A stretch of 64,000 nucleotides of DNA from an uncultured Flavobacteriaceae bacterium (GTDB lineage: Bacteria; Bacteroidota; Bacteroidia; Flavobacteriales; Flavobacteriaceae): contig CAJQNZ010000002.1 in assembly GCA_905479835.1 (NCBI GenBank), positions 482 through 64,481 on the forward strand, written 5' to 3'. Positions 44,020 to 53,507 of this stretch are shown here, one piece after another (position 1 is the stretch's first letter; each line of letters starts with the position of its first letter). The notes beneath the pieces were generated by a model that was given only the letters and a program-made list of their open reading frames with translations, ran no database searches and was not told the origin of the DNA. The position numbers and the translations under genes are program-made.

Positions 44020-44078
44020 CAAATATATATCGAATCCCTGTTAAATTCAAAATACAAAAGGGTAGTTAAAGGGTAGTT
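44020..44078 (-). promoter_or_regulatory. TTTG-N20-TAnnTTTG promoter with an upstream tandem 11-bp direct repeat
   Basis: -7 TATATTTG (44027-44020), -33 TTTG (44051-44048), and (AAAGGGTAGTT)x2 at 44057-44078. Confidence 0.65.
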
Positions 44079-44137
44079 TTTAAATTTAAATTGCTGATTA
44101 TCAACAATGGACTAAAGGTTTAAGGAAATAACGATCC

Positions 44138-45454
44138 TTATTTAAGTTTTTCTACAACTTCTTTTCTATTATTAATATCTAATTTTTCATAGATATTTTT
44201 CACATGATATTTAACAGTATTTACTGAAATAAATAAAGTAGCGCCAATTTCTTTATTTGATTTTCCAGAACGTATTCCTTCAAGAACTTGATTTTCACGA
44301 TTTGATAAATTGTATTCTAGTGAAGCCTCATTTTCTCCTTTTTTATTCTTTTCCAATTCTATTGATAATGAATTTATTTCTTGAGTATACTTATAGAGTT
44401 CATCGTGCATAAAAATATTCTCTTTATGTATGATATTCATTCTATAAGCAACAGCTGCTGTAATAACAAGCATTTCTATATAACTCCCCATTTTAAGAGT
44501 GTTAGTAGAAATGTTAACTGAAGTAATTCCAAACGAAGGAGCAATAAAATAATCAAAAGTAAAAAAGAGAAGAACTGTATATCCTATAAAAAAGACAGGA
44601 GCATACTTATGTTTTTTTATCAACAATAATGAACATACCCAACAACTTGTAAAAATGATAATAGAACCTATATCAGCTAGCGCAAAATATACATACTCAT
44701 TTGTAAATAAATGTATAATGTCAAATATAAAAGATGCTGTTATAATACCTATTGCAAACCATATGAATTTTGGAAAATGACTTTTAAGATTTAAGTAATT
44801 AGTAGTGAAAACAAATCCAGTAAGACCGACTATCGTATGCGCAAAACTTTCTGTATAATGAACAAATTCTTTACTAAAACCAATAAAATAGATAAAACCA
44901 TCTCTATAACTGAACATTAAAGAAAATGAGAAAAGAAATAATGAATAGTATAAAAATGTTTTTTCTTTAAAATTGAAAAAGAAAAATAAATTAATCAATA
45001 AAACCATCAATCCAAAACCATAAAACAATCCGGAAAAAATTCCATCAGAGTTTGTCTTTTCAAGATATTCAGGATCAGACAGAATTCTTATTGGTATATT
45101 GGCTTCCTTGTGTGTATTTACTTTTAAATATATACTTTCACTATCCTTTACTTTAAACGTTACATAGGTTTTATTTTTTATTGGAAAAATTGGAATCTTA
45201 TTATGATATAAATACGCTTCAGAAATTGTACTATTATGGATTTCTAAATAGCCTTTCACAACATTTTCTATTTTAAACCAATAGACTCCATTATTAAGCC
45301 CATTATTTACAGGTTCAGTGATAAACTTAAAATTAGCAGAATCTATTGAATTAACCGTATGGAACTGTTCTTTATCTTGTAGTACAGAAATTGTCTGAGA
45401 ATTTACAAACGAAGAAGTAACAATAAGAGTAAGTAATATAATTTTTTTAAACAT
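44138..45454 (-). CDS. Membrane one-component regulator: 7TM-DISM sensor plus LuxR HTH
   Basis: Signal peptide, extracellular G.YWF.. domain, seven TM helices, and LS.RE.QVL...G.SNKEI...LFIS.NTVKYH.KNIY.KL. Start probably ATG 45454 (MFKKII). Confidence 0.88.
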   Translation of the reverse strand: MFKKIILLTLIVTSSFVNSQTISVLQDKEQFHTVNSIDSANFKFITEPVNNGLNNGVYWFKIENVVKGYLEIHNSTISEAYLYHNKIPIFPIKNKTYVTFKVKDSESIYLKVNTHKEANIPIRILSDPEYLEKTNSDGIFSGLFYGFGLMVLLINLFFFFNFKEKTFLYYSLFLFSFSLMFSYRDGFIYFIGFSKEFVHYTESFAHTIVGLTGFVFTTNYLNLKSHFPKFIWFAIGIITASFIFDIIHLFTNEYVYFALADIGSIIIFTSCWVCSLLLIKKHKYAPVFFIGYTVLLFFTFDYFIAPSFGITSVNISTNTLKMGSYIEMLVITAAVAYRMNIIHKENIFMHDELYKYTQEINSLSIELEKNKKGENEASLEYNLSNRENQVLEGIRSGKSNKEIGATLFISVNTVKYHVKNIYEKLDINNRKEVVEKLK

Positions 45455-45603
45455 AAATAGCAATTTATTGTAAATATAAAAAATATGTGCAGTTTTTTTG
45501 TAACTGATCATTTTTTTCTTCTTCACCAAATAAATTTGTCAATAACTTTTATTGGAAAGCGTATATACACATTGTATTTTTGATTTTTTGAAATTAAACA
45601 CAC

Positions 45604-47937
45604 TTGACACAATACCTTAATTCACTTAACGAAGCCCAAAAAGAAGCTGTTTTACACAAGGATGGACCAATGATAATAATCGCAGGTGCAGGTTCTGGTA
45701 AAACACGTGTTCTTACCTATCGTATAGCTCACTTAATGAATCAAGGTATAGACGCATTCAATATTCTTTCATTAACATTTACCAATAAAGCGGCTAAAGA
45801 GATGAAAAGTCGTATTGCAAAAGTTGTTGGTAATAGTGAAGCAAAAAATCTATGGATGGGAACATTTCATGCTGTTTTTGCAAGAATATTGAGATCAGAA
45901 GGTCATCATTTAGGTTTCCCATCCAATTTTACCATTTATGATACGCAAGATTCCGTACGCCTTTTAAGTACTATTATCAAGGAAATGCAACTTGAAAAAG
46001 AGAAGTACAAGCCAAAACAAGTTTTAAGCCGAATATCACAACTTAAAAATAGTTTAATCACTGTAAAAGCATACCATAACAACTCTGACTTGAAAGAAGC
46101 AGATATGATGGCAAGTCGCCCTAAAATGGGAGATATTTACCAACATTATGTGAATCGTTGCTTTAAAGCAGGAGCAATGGACTTTGACGATTTATTATTA
46201 AGGACCAATGAATTATTAACACGTTTTCCAGCCGTGTTGGCCAAGTACCAAGATAGATTCAGATACATACTTGTAGATGAGTATCAAGACACCAATCATT
46301 CTCAGTATTTGATTGTTCGTGCACTTGCAGATCGTTTTCAGAATATCTGTGTAGTAGGAGATGATTCGCAGAGTATTTATGGTTTTCGTGGTGCAAACAT
46401 TCAGAACATCTTGAATTTTCAAAAAGATTATGATGATGTTAAAATCTTTAAATTAGAACAAAACTACCGATCTACTAGTAACATTGTAGAAGCTGCAAAC
46501 AGTATTATAGATAAGAATAAGACCAAACTTGATAAAGAAATCTGGACGGATAATGGATCCGGATCCATGATTAAAGTGATGCGTACTTTCTCTGATGGAG
46601 AAGAAGGAAGGTATGTTGCTGATTCAATTTTTGAAAATAAAATGAACAAGCAGTTGATGAACGATCAATTTGCCGTATTATATCGTACCAATGCACAATC
46701 AAGAGCGATTGAAGATGCATTGCGAAAAAAAGATATTCCATATCGAATCTATGGCGGACTCTCTTTTTATCAACGAAAAGAGATAAAAGATGTTTTAGGA
46801 TATTTACGATTATTAATCAATCCTAATGATGAAGAAGCTTTAAAAAGAGTAATCAATTATCCAATGCGAGGAATAGGAGCATCAACGATTGATAAAATCG
46901 CTGTTGCTGCCAATCATTATGAAAAATCAATGTTTGAAATTATTTTAAATTTACACAAACTAGATATAAAACTCAATTCTGGAACTAAAACAAAGTTGAA
47001 TGATTTCGCAGTAATGATGCAACATTTTCAGATTGAATCAAAAACCAAAGATGCATTTCAAGTAGCAGAATTGGTTATAAAAAAGACAAGGATAATAAGA
47101 GGATTAGAATCAGAAGGAACTCCAGAAGCAGTCAGTAGAGTTGAGAATATTCAAGAATTGATGAATGGAATAAAAGATTTTATAATAGGGCAGAAAGAAA
47201 AAGGTGAAGATGCTTCACTGGCTTTTTTCTTAGAAGATGTTGCACTTGCTACAGATTTTGACAAGGAACAAAAGGATGATAAGCCTAGAGTTTCATTGAT
47301 GACTATTCATCTTTCCAAAGGATTGGAATTTCCGATTGTTTATATAGTAGGACTTGAAGAAACATTATTTCCATCAGCAATGAGTATGAATACTCGAAGC
47401 GAACTAGAAGAAGAACGTCGTTTGTTTTATGTAGCATTGACACGTGCTGAAAAAGAAGCCTATTTAAGTTATGCAGAATCAAGGTTTCGTTGGGGGAAAT
47501 TAATTGATTGTGAACCTAGTAGATTTTTAGAGGAAATTGATGATAAATACTTAGAGTATTTATCTCCTAAAACTAGTGAGCCGCAGTTTAATAAGTTTGT
47601 TTCAGGAGATATTTTCAGTGACATAACTCCTAACACAATTCGTTTTAAAAAACCTATATCAAGAAAACCAATTCCTAAACCGAAAGGAAAACCCATACAG
47701 ACCATTTTTAAAAAACCATCTAATTTAAAGAAAGTTTCCAAAGTGAATTCTGAATCTACTACCAATTTATTTGATAGTAAAATTACGATTGGAAATATCG
47801 TGGAACATCAAAGATTTGGTAAGGGAGAAGTATTAAGTCTAGAAGGTTCTGGAGCCAATAGTAAGGCTGAAATTCATTTTTCTGAAGGCAAGAAAAAACT
47901 CTTACTACAGTTTGCCAAACTTAAGATTATTGGCTAA
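45604..47937 (+). CDS. pcrA: ATP-dependent DNA helicase PcrA/UvrD
   Basis: AGAGSGKT, DEYQDTN, LEQNYRST, TIH.SKGLEF and EERRL.YVA.TRA. Confidence 0.94.
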   Translation: MTQYLNSLNEAQKEAVLHKDGPMIIIAGAGSGKTRVLTYRIAHLMNQGIDAFNILSLTFTNKAAKEMKSRIAKVVGNSEAKNLWMGTFHAVFARILRSEGHHLGFPSNFTIYDTQDSVRLLSTIIKEMQLEKEKYKPKQVLSRISQLKNSLITVKAYHNNSDLKEADMMASRPKMGDIYQHYVNRCFKAGAMDFDDLLLRTNELLTRFPAVLAKYQDRFRYILVDEYQDTNHSQYLIVRALADRFQNICVVGDDSQSIYGFRGANIQNILNFQKDYDDVKIFKLEQNYRSTSNIVEAANSIIDKNKTKLDKEIWTDNGSGSMIKVMRTFSDGEEGRYVADSIFENKMNKQLMNDQFAVLYRTNAQSRAIEDALRKKDIPYRIYGGLSFYQRKEIKDVLGYLRLLINPNDEEALKRVINYPMRGIGASTIDKIAVAANHYEKSMFEIILNLHKLDIKLNSGTKTKLNDFAVMMQHFQIESKTKDAFQVAELVIKKTRIIRGLESEGTPEAVSRVENIQELMNGIKDFIIGQKEKGEDASLAFFLEDVALATDFDKEQKDDKPRVSLMTIHLSKGLEFPIVYIVGLEETLFPSAMSMNTRSELEEERRLFYVALTRAEKEAYLSYAESRFRWGKLIDCEPSRFLEEIDDKYLEYLSPKTSEPQFNKFVSGDIFSDITPNTIRFKKPISRKPIPKPKGKPIQTIFKKPSNLKKVSKVNSESTTNLFDSKITIGNIVEHQRFGKGEVLSLEGSGANSKAEIHFSEGKKKLLLQFAKLKIIG

Positions 47938-48048
47938 AAAAGCGCATATCTTTTTGCAAATGATTTATTGCAGAATATTGTTAAAAAACGTATTTTGCAG
48001 AAATATTACTACAAATAATAAATTACAAAATTTTTCAATATAGATTTT

Positions 48049-48720
48049 ATGGAATACCATTTAGAAAATAATTCAGAACGTTCACATTTAATTATACCAG
48101 AATATGGAAGACATGTCCAGAAAATGGTAAATCATTGTGTAGCACTTGAAGATAATGAGGAAAGAAATAAAATGGCAAAAGCAATTGTTGATGTAATGGG
48201 TAATTTACAGCCTCATTTACGTGATGTTCCTGATTTCAAGCATAAATTATGGGATCAACTTTTTATCATATCGGATTTTAAATTGGACGTAGAATCTCCA
48301 TACCAAAAACCCTCAAGAGAAGAACTACAAGAAAAGCCTGAATCTTTACCATATCCTAAAACAGCTTCTAAATATCGTTTTTATGGTAATAATATCCAGA
48401 CGATGGTTGATGTTGCAAATAGTTGGGAAGAAGGAGATCCGAAAGAAGGTTTAAAATTTGTGATTGCCAATCACATGAAGAAATGTTATCTAAATTGGAA
48501 TAAAGATACAGTTGAAGATAAAGTGATTTTTGATCATTTATTTGATATTTCCAAGGGTCAAATTGATTTGAGAGAAACTACAGAAAAATTAGCAGAAAGT
48601 AGTGTATTGATTGACAAGAAAAGGTTTGCTAATAATCAACGAAATCATAAAAATCAACGCAACCATAAAAACCATAAAAATCAAAAGAATCAAAAAAATT
48701 ATTACAAAAAAGCACGTTAA
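48049..48720 (+). CDS. DUF4290 family protein
   Basis: IPEYGRH.QKM, HKLWDQL and ANHMKK.YL.WN; located upstream of murA. Confidence 0.88.
   Translation: MEYHLENNSERSHLIIPEYGRHVQKMVNHCVALEDNEERNKMAKAIVDVMGNLQPHLRDVPDFKHKLWDQLFIISDFKLDVESPYQKPSREELQEKPESLPYPKTASKYRFYGNNIQTMVDVANSWEEGDPKEGLKFVIANHMKKCYLNWNKDTVEDKVIFDHLFDISKGQIDLRETTEKLAESSVLIDKKRFANNQRNHKNQRNHKNHKNQKNQKNYYKKAR
48634..48699 (+). repeat. 9-nt-period coding repeat (NQR/NHK/NQK tripeptides)
   Basis: NQRNHKNQRNHKNHKNQKNQKN. Confidence 0.8.
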
Positions 48721-48723
48721 TCT

Positions 48724-50034
48724 ATGGCTACATTTAGAATAGAAGGAGGTCATAAACTTCAAGGGACAATTACTCCACAAGGAGCAAAAAATCAAGCATT
48801 GCAAGTTATCTGTGCAGTATTATTAACCCCAGAAAAAGTTATATTAAGTAACGTTCCAGATATTATTGATGTGAATAAATTAATTTTTATTCTTGGTGAA
48901 TTGGGCGTAAAAATTGAAAAATTAAATTCAGACACTTATTCTTTTCAAGCAGATGAAATTAATTTAGAATATTTAGAATCTCAAGAATTTAAAAGAGATG
49001 GAAGTTCGTTGAGAGGATCTATAATGATTGTAGGGCCATTATTGGCTCGATTTGGAAAAGGATATATTCCCAGGCCTGGAGGAGATAAAATCGGAAGAAG
49101 AAGATTGGATACTCATTTTGAAGGATTTATCAATCTTGGAGCAGAATTCAGATATAAAAAAGAAGAACGTTTCTATGGAGTTGACGCGCCAGATGGATTG
49201 ACAGGAACTGATATGTTGTTGGATGAAGCGTCAGTAACTGGAACTGCCAATATTGTAATGGCTGCTGTTCTTGCTAAAGGCACTACAACGATTTACAATG
49301 CAGCGTGTGAACCCTACTTACAGGAATTATGCAATATGCTGAATTCTATGGGAGCAAAAATAAGTGGTGTAAGCTCTAATTTCTTAACAATTAAAGGTGT
49401 AACATCATTAAAGGGTTGTGAATTGCGTATACTTCCAGATATGATAGAAATAGGAAGTTGGATAGGAATGGCTGCAATGACCAAGTCTGAATTGACAATT
49501 AAAGATGTGAGTTGGAAAAACTTAGGTCAGATACCAAGAATTTTTAGAAAATTGGGGATTCAAGTGGAAAAAAGAGGAGACGATATTTACATTCCAGCAC
49601 AAGATTCTTATGAAATACAACATTATATTGATGGTTCTATTTTAACAGTTTCAGATGCTCCATGGCCAGGATTTACGCCAGACTTATTGAGTATAGTACT
49701 AGTTGTTGCTACACAGGCTAAAGGAAGTGTATTGATTCATCAAAAAATGTTTGAAAGCAGACTATTTTTCGTCGATAAATTGATTGATATGGGAGCTCAA
49801 GTAATTTTATGTGATCCACATAGAGCAACAGTTATAGGAATGAATCATCAGTCAAGTTTGAAAGCAACGACTATGGTTTCACCAGATATTAGAGCAGGAA
49901 TTTCATTGTTGATTGCTGCCCTTTCTGCCAATGGAACTAGTACAATTCATAATATAGAGCAGATTGATAGAGGTTATCAGAATATCGATGATCGATTACG
50001 TGCTATAGGTGCTAAAATTGAAAGAATCGATTAA
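48724..50034 (+). CDS. murA: UDP-N-acetylglucosamine 1-carboxyvinyltransferase
   Basis: GAKN, LRGS, PGGDKIGRR, PWPGF.PD and DIRAG. Confidence 0.97.
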   Translation: MATFRIEGGHKLQGTITPQGAKNQALQVICAVLLTPEKVILSNVPDIIDVNKLIFILGELGVKIEKLNSDTYSFQADEINLEYLESQEFKRDGSSLRGSIMIVGPLLARFGKGYIPRPGGDKIGRRRLDTHFEGFINLGAEFRYKKEERFYGVDAPDGLTGTDMLLDEASVTGTANIVMAAVLAKGTTTIYNAACEPYLQELCNMLNSMGAKISGVSSNFLTIKGVTSLKGCELRILPDMIEIGSWIGMAAMTKSELTIKDVSWKNLGQIPRIFRKLGIQVEKRGDDIYIPAQDSYEIQHYIDGSILTVSDAPWPGFTPDLLSIVLVVATQAKGSVLIHQKMFESRLFFVDKLIDMGAQVILCDPHRATVIGMNHQSSLKATTMVSPDIRAGISLLIAALSANGTSTIHNIEQIDRGYQNIDDRLRAIGAKIERID

Positions 50035-50056
50035 TCTTAAAATTGATAAAAATATA

Positions 50057-50094
50057 AATCTCAAATTGTTAGTTGCAATCTGAGATTTTTTTTT
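50057..50094 (+). terminator. Intrinsic terminator
   Basis: AATCTCA...TGAGATTTTTTTTT. Confidence 0.7.
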
Positions 50095-50120
50095 GTGACA
50101 TATTGACATTATTTGATAAA

Positions 50121-50136
50121 TGGCAGTACTTTTGCA
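50121..50136 (+). promoter_or_regulatory. Sigma54-type -24/-12 element upstream of grpE-dnaJ
   Basis: TGGCAGTACTTTTGCA matches TGGCAC-N5-TTGCW with exact GG-N10-GC spacing. Confidence 0.6.
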
Positions 50137-50169
50137 GACAATATTTAAAGGATATTTTTTAAAATAATT

Positions 50170-50700
50170 ATGAGCGAAACTAAAGATAACATTGAAGAGA
50201 ATGAAGTGCCTGTTGAAGCAACCGAAACTACTATTGAAGAACAGGTTACAGCAGAACCTACATTGGAAGAGAAGATAGCACAAGAAAAAGATAAGTTTTT
50301 ACGACTATTTGCGGAATTTGAAAACTACAAGAAACGTACTTCAAGAGAGCGAATCGAGTTGTTTAAAACAGCCAATCAAGATTTAATGTCAGTATTGTTG
50401 CCAGTTTTAGATGATTTCGAACGTGCTTTGACACATATTGAAGATGATAAAGAGGCAGAAGAACTGCGTAAAGGAGTATTGCTTATTTATCAAAAACTAT
50501 TGACAACTCTTGGGAATAAAGGTTTATCTGTAGTTGAAGTTGCAAAAGGAGATGTCTTTGATGCAGAATATCACGAAGCAATTACTCAAGTTCCTTCACC
50601 ATCAGAAGATATGAAAGGAAAAGTAGTTGATATTGTTGAAAAAGGGTATAAACTAGGAGATAAAACAATTCGTTTTCCAAAAGTTGTCATTGGACAATAA
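50170..50700 (+). CDS. grpE: Nucleotide exchange factor GrpE
   Basis: RL.AEFENYKKR, FD...HEA and GY.L....IR..KVV. Confidence 0.96.
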   Translation: MSETKDNIEENEVPVEATETTIEEQVTAEPTLEEKIAQEKDKFLRLFAEFENYKKRTSRERIELFKTANQDLMSVLLPVLDDFERALTHIEDDKEAEELRKGVLLIYQKLLTTLGNKGLSVVEVAKGDVFDAEYHEAITQVPSPSEDMKGKVVDIVEKGYKLGDKTIRFPKVVIGQ

Positions 50701-50732
50701 ATTCCAATTGATAAATTATTCAATATTAAAGA

Positions 50733-51854
50733 ATGAAAGAAGATTTTTACGAAATATTAGGCATAAGTAAAGGCGCTACAAGTGCTGAAATTAAAAAAGC
50801 ATATAGAAAGAAGGCAATTCAGTTTCATCCTGACAAAAATCCAGATGATAAAACAGCTGAGGAAAAGTTTAAAAAAGCAGCAGAAGCTTATGAGATATTG
50901 AGTGATGATAATAAGCGTGCTCGATATGATCAATACGGTCATGCGGCTTTTGAAAATGGTGGTGCTGGAGCAGGAGGTTTTGGTGGCGGAATGAATATGG
51001 ATGACATCTTTAGCCAATTTGGTGATATTTTCGGAGGAGGCTTCGGAGGCGGAGGAGGTTTTGGAGGTTCAAGAGGAACACCAAGAGTGAAAGGTAGTAA
51101 TCTACGAATTAAAGTAAAAGTTACAATTCAAGAGATTGCGAACGGTGTTGAGAAAAAAGTTAAAGTACGCAGAAAAGTTCAAGCTGATGGTGTATCTTTT
51201 AAAACATGTTCTACCTGTAACGGTCAAGGTCAAGTAATGAGAGTTACCAATACAATTCTTGGGAGGATGCAGACAAGCGCAACCTGTCCAACGTGTCAGG
51301 GTGCAGGTCAATCACTTGAGAATAGACCGAAGGGTTCTGATAGTAACGGGATGATTCAAGAAGAAGAAACGGTTTCTATTAATATCCCTGCAGGAGTTAC
51401 TGATGGTGTTCAATTGAAAGTTACAGGTAAAGGAAATGATGCGCCTGGAAATAATGGAATTTCTGGTGATTTACTTGTTTTAATTGAAGAAACGCAACAT
51501 GAGTCTCTTAAGAGAGAAGGAATGAATCTTCATACAGATTTATATATTAATTTTTCTGAAGCGGTTTTAGGTGCAAGTAAAGAAATAGAAACAGTTTCCG
51601 GTAAAGTTAAGATTAAAGTAGAGGAAGGAACGCAATCAGGAAAAATATTAAGATTAAGGGGTAAAGGATTACCAAGTATTGAGAGGTATGGAACAGGAGA
51701 TTTATTAGTTCATATCAATGTGTGGACACCTCAAGAACTAGACAAAGAACAAAAAAACTTTTTTAATGATAATAAAGAGAGTAGTAATTTTGAGCCAAGT
51801 CCCTCAAAATCTGATAAGTCATTTTTTGAAAAAGTAAAAGATATGTTTTCATAA
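50733..51854 (+). CDS. dnaJ: Chaperone DnaJ
   Basis: HPD motif, G/F region, and two CxxCxGxG repeats (shortened Zn finger). Confidence 0.97.
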   Translation: MKEDFYEILGISKGATSAEIKKAYRKKAIQFHPDKNPDDKTAEEKFKKAAEAYEILSDDNKRARYDQYGHAAFENGGAGAGGFGGGMNMDDIFSQFGDIFGGGFGGGGGFGGSRGTPRVKGSNLRIKVKVTIQEIANGVEKKVKVRRKVQADGVSFKTCSTCNGQGQVMRVTNTILGRMQTSATCPTCQGAGQSLENRPKGSDSNGMIQEEETVSINIPAGVTDGVQLKVTGKGNDAPGNNGISGDLLVLIEETQHESLKREGMNLHTDLYINFSEAVLGASKEIETVSGKVKIKVEEGTQSGKILRLRGKGLPSIERYGTGDLLVHINVWTPQELDKEQKNFFNDNKESSNFEPSPSKSDKSFFEKVKDMFS

Positions 51855-51900
51855 CAAATGTTAACATTAATTTAATTTATATTATATTAAATTTACAACC

Positions 51901-51972
51901 ATTATTAGTTGAAAGACTAATAATTCTTTTTCATAGCAATTTTCCCACTCAAGAAGTTGAGTGGGTTTTTTT
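51901..51972 (+). ncRNA. Candidate trans-acting sRNA (about 72 nt)
   Basis: ATTATTAGTT-GAAA-GACTAATAAT hairpin, unpaired TCTTTTTCATAGCAATTTT, then terminator CCCACTCAA-GAAG-TTGAGTGGG-T7. Confidence 0.6.
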
Positions 51973-51989
51973 ATTTCCGTATTTTTGCA

Positions 51990-52294
51990 AAAGCAGATCG
52001 TCTTATCGCTTCAATTTTATTGAAGAGGAAAGTCCGGACACCACAGAGCAGTATAGCGGATAACATCCGTCGTCCATTTAAAACGGAAAGGACAAGTGCA
52101 ACAGAAAGCAAGTACAGTTCGGCTGTAGTGAAACCAGGTAAACTCTATGCGGTGCAATACCACGTATATTGAAGTTTAAGAGCGGCTCGCTCGATTTCAA
52201 GGGGTAGGTAGATAGAACTTTCGAGTAATTGATAGTCTAGATAAATGATAAGATTCCGTTTTCGGAAACAGAATCCGGCTTATAGATCTGCTTT
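51990..52294 (+). ncRNA. rnpB: RNase P RNA (type A)
   Basis: GAGGAAAGTCCGG, AGTGCAACAGAAA and AACAGAATCCGGCTTA; P1 ends AAAGCAGATC/GATCTGCTTT; -7 TATTTTTG at 51980-51987. Confidence 0.97.
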
Positions 52295-53461
52295 TTCTTT
52301 TATTTTTTTATGCATTTCTTCATCATAAAAAAATAATGCCATACTTGCCATCATGTCTTGATTGATTTCAGTTGTATTATTGGTTTCTAAAACCAATTTG
52401 TAAGAATGATTTTCAAACATTTTAAAACCTTGTTTATTAGATAAATAATTCACATTACTTAAACCTATTTTATCAGTGTAATTTTCTGCATGAGATTCTG
52501 AAATTATGGATCCTGTAGTATTATCAATCAATGTAAGTTTTTCTGCAAATGGATGTAAATGAGTTGCGATATGATGCAATGTTATCGTGTCTTTTAATGC
52601 TAATTGTTCTGTTACATCATAGGAATATGAATGTTTTCCTGGAGAAATCACCCAATGTCCGCTATAAGACATTTCAAGATTATCTATATAAGAATGGTTG
52701 CTAGTTGAAACAGGAATACAAGCATTAGGATTTAATTCAGAAGGCCCTTCATATGGATTTTCAATATTATATGGTAGCATAATAAATATCGGTACACTTC
52801 GCAACGGTTTTAAATCCTTGGAATGTTTTTCATATCCAATTTCGATTTTATGTTTTAAAGGTATAATTTTACCTCTTATATTATGGTTCAAGACTTGAGT
52901 TTGAGTAAACAGATTTTCATTTGTAAATACAGGAAAACCAAATCCTTTTGGGAATTGATAAGATTCAATACCATTGGACATTGTTGTTAATCTAGGATAA
53001 CTTTTACCAATTCTATTTGAAAGGTTCCATTTATTATAATGCTCTATTTCGTAAAAATCAATATTTGCATGGCATACATAATCATTGGACATGACTTCAG
53101 ATTCATCAGTTGAAATGGCTTCAACTTTAAAAGATGTAAGCCATACCAATTCTTCTCTAGATGCATCTATTTCAAAGGATTTACTAGCGTGAGGACCTTC
53201 CATAGATTTATAGATTCCATCTACTACAAGTGTAGGAGTAATAAGGCTTGTTCTGTTATCTGTAACTGAAATTTTCCAACTACTATCAACCAATCTCAAT
53301 GTATGTAAAAATTTAGTTTTTGCAGTTGCTTTCTGAAGATTGGTCAATGAATTGTAAAATAGGAAAGCGCAGATTATAGCGATTAATAATAAGGCTGAAA
53401 CTATTTTAAAAATGGACTTTGATTTTATCACATTCAAAAATAATAAATATTGGCTTACCAT
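52280..53461 (-). CDS. Membrane-anchored hypothetical protein, putative PHM/DBH-like copper monooxygenase fold
   Basis: N-terminal TM helix; YVCH, FPKGFGFP, LNHN, HHIATHLHP and DMMASM motifs. Start uncertain. Confidence 0.6.
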   Translation of the reverse strand: MVSQYLLFLNVIKSKSIFKIVSALLLIAIICAFLFYNSLTNLQKATAKTKFLHTLRLVDSSWKISVTDNRTSLITPTLVVDGIYKSMEGPHASKSFEIDASREELVWLTSFKVEAISTDESEVMSNDYVCHANIDFYEIEHYNKWNLSNRIGKSYPRLTTMSNGIESYQFPKGFGFPVFTNENLFTQTQVLNHNIRGKIIPLKHKIEIGYEKHSKDLKPLRSVPIFIMLPYNIENPYEGPSELNPNACIPVSTSNHSYIDNLEMSYSGHWVISPGKHSYSYDVTEQLALKDTITLHHIATHLHPFAEKLTLIDNTTGSIISESHAENYTDKIGLSNVNYLSNKQGFKMFENHSYKLVLETNNTTEINQDMMASMALFFYDEEMHKKIKEKADL

Positions 53462-53507
53462 ATTTTTATTAGCTTGTTTTTATTAAGTTTGATTTATAAA
53501 TTATTTT

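Noticed and set aside
51957-52172. 71-aa ORF in the track
   Set aside because: Lies within the RNase P RNA gene; spurious.
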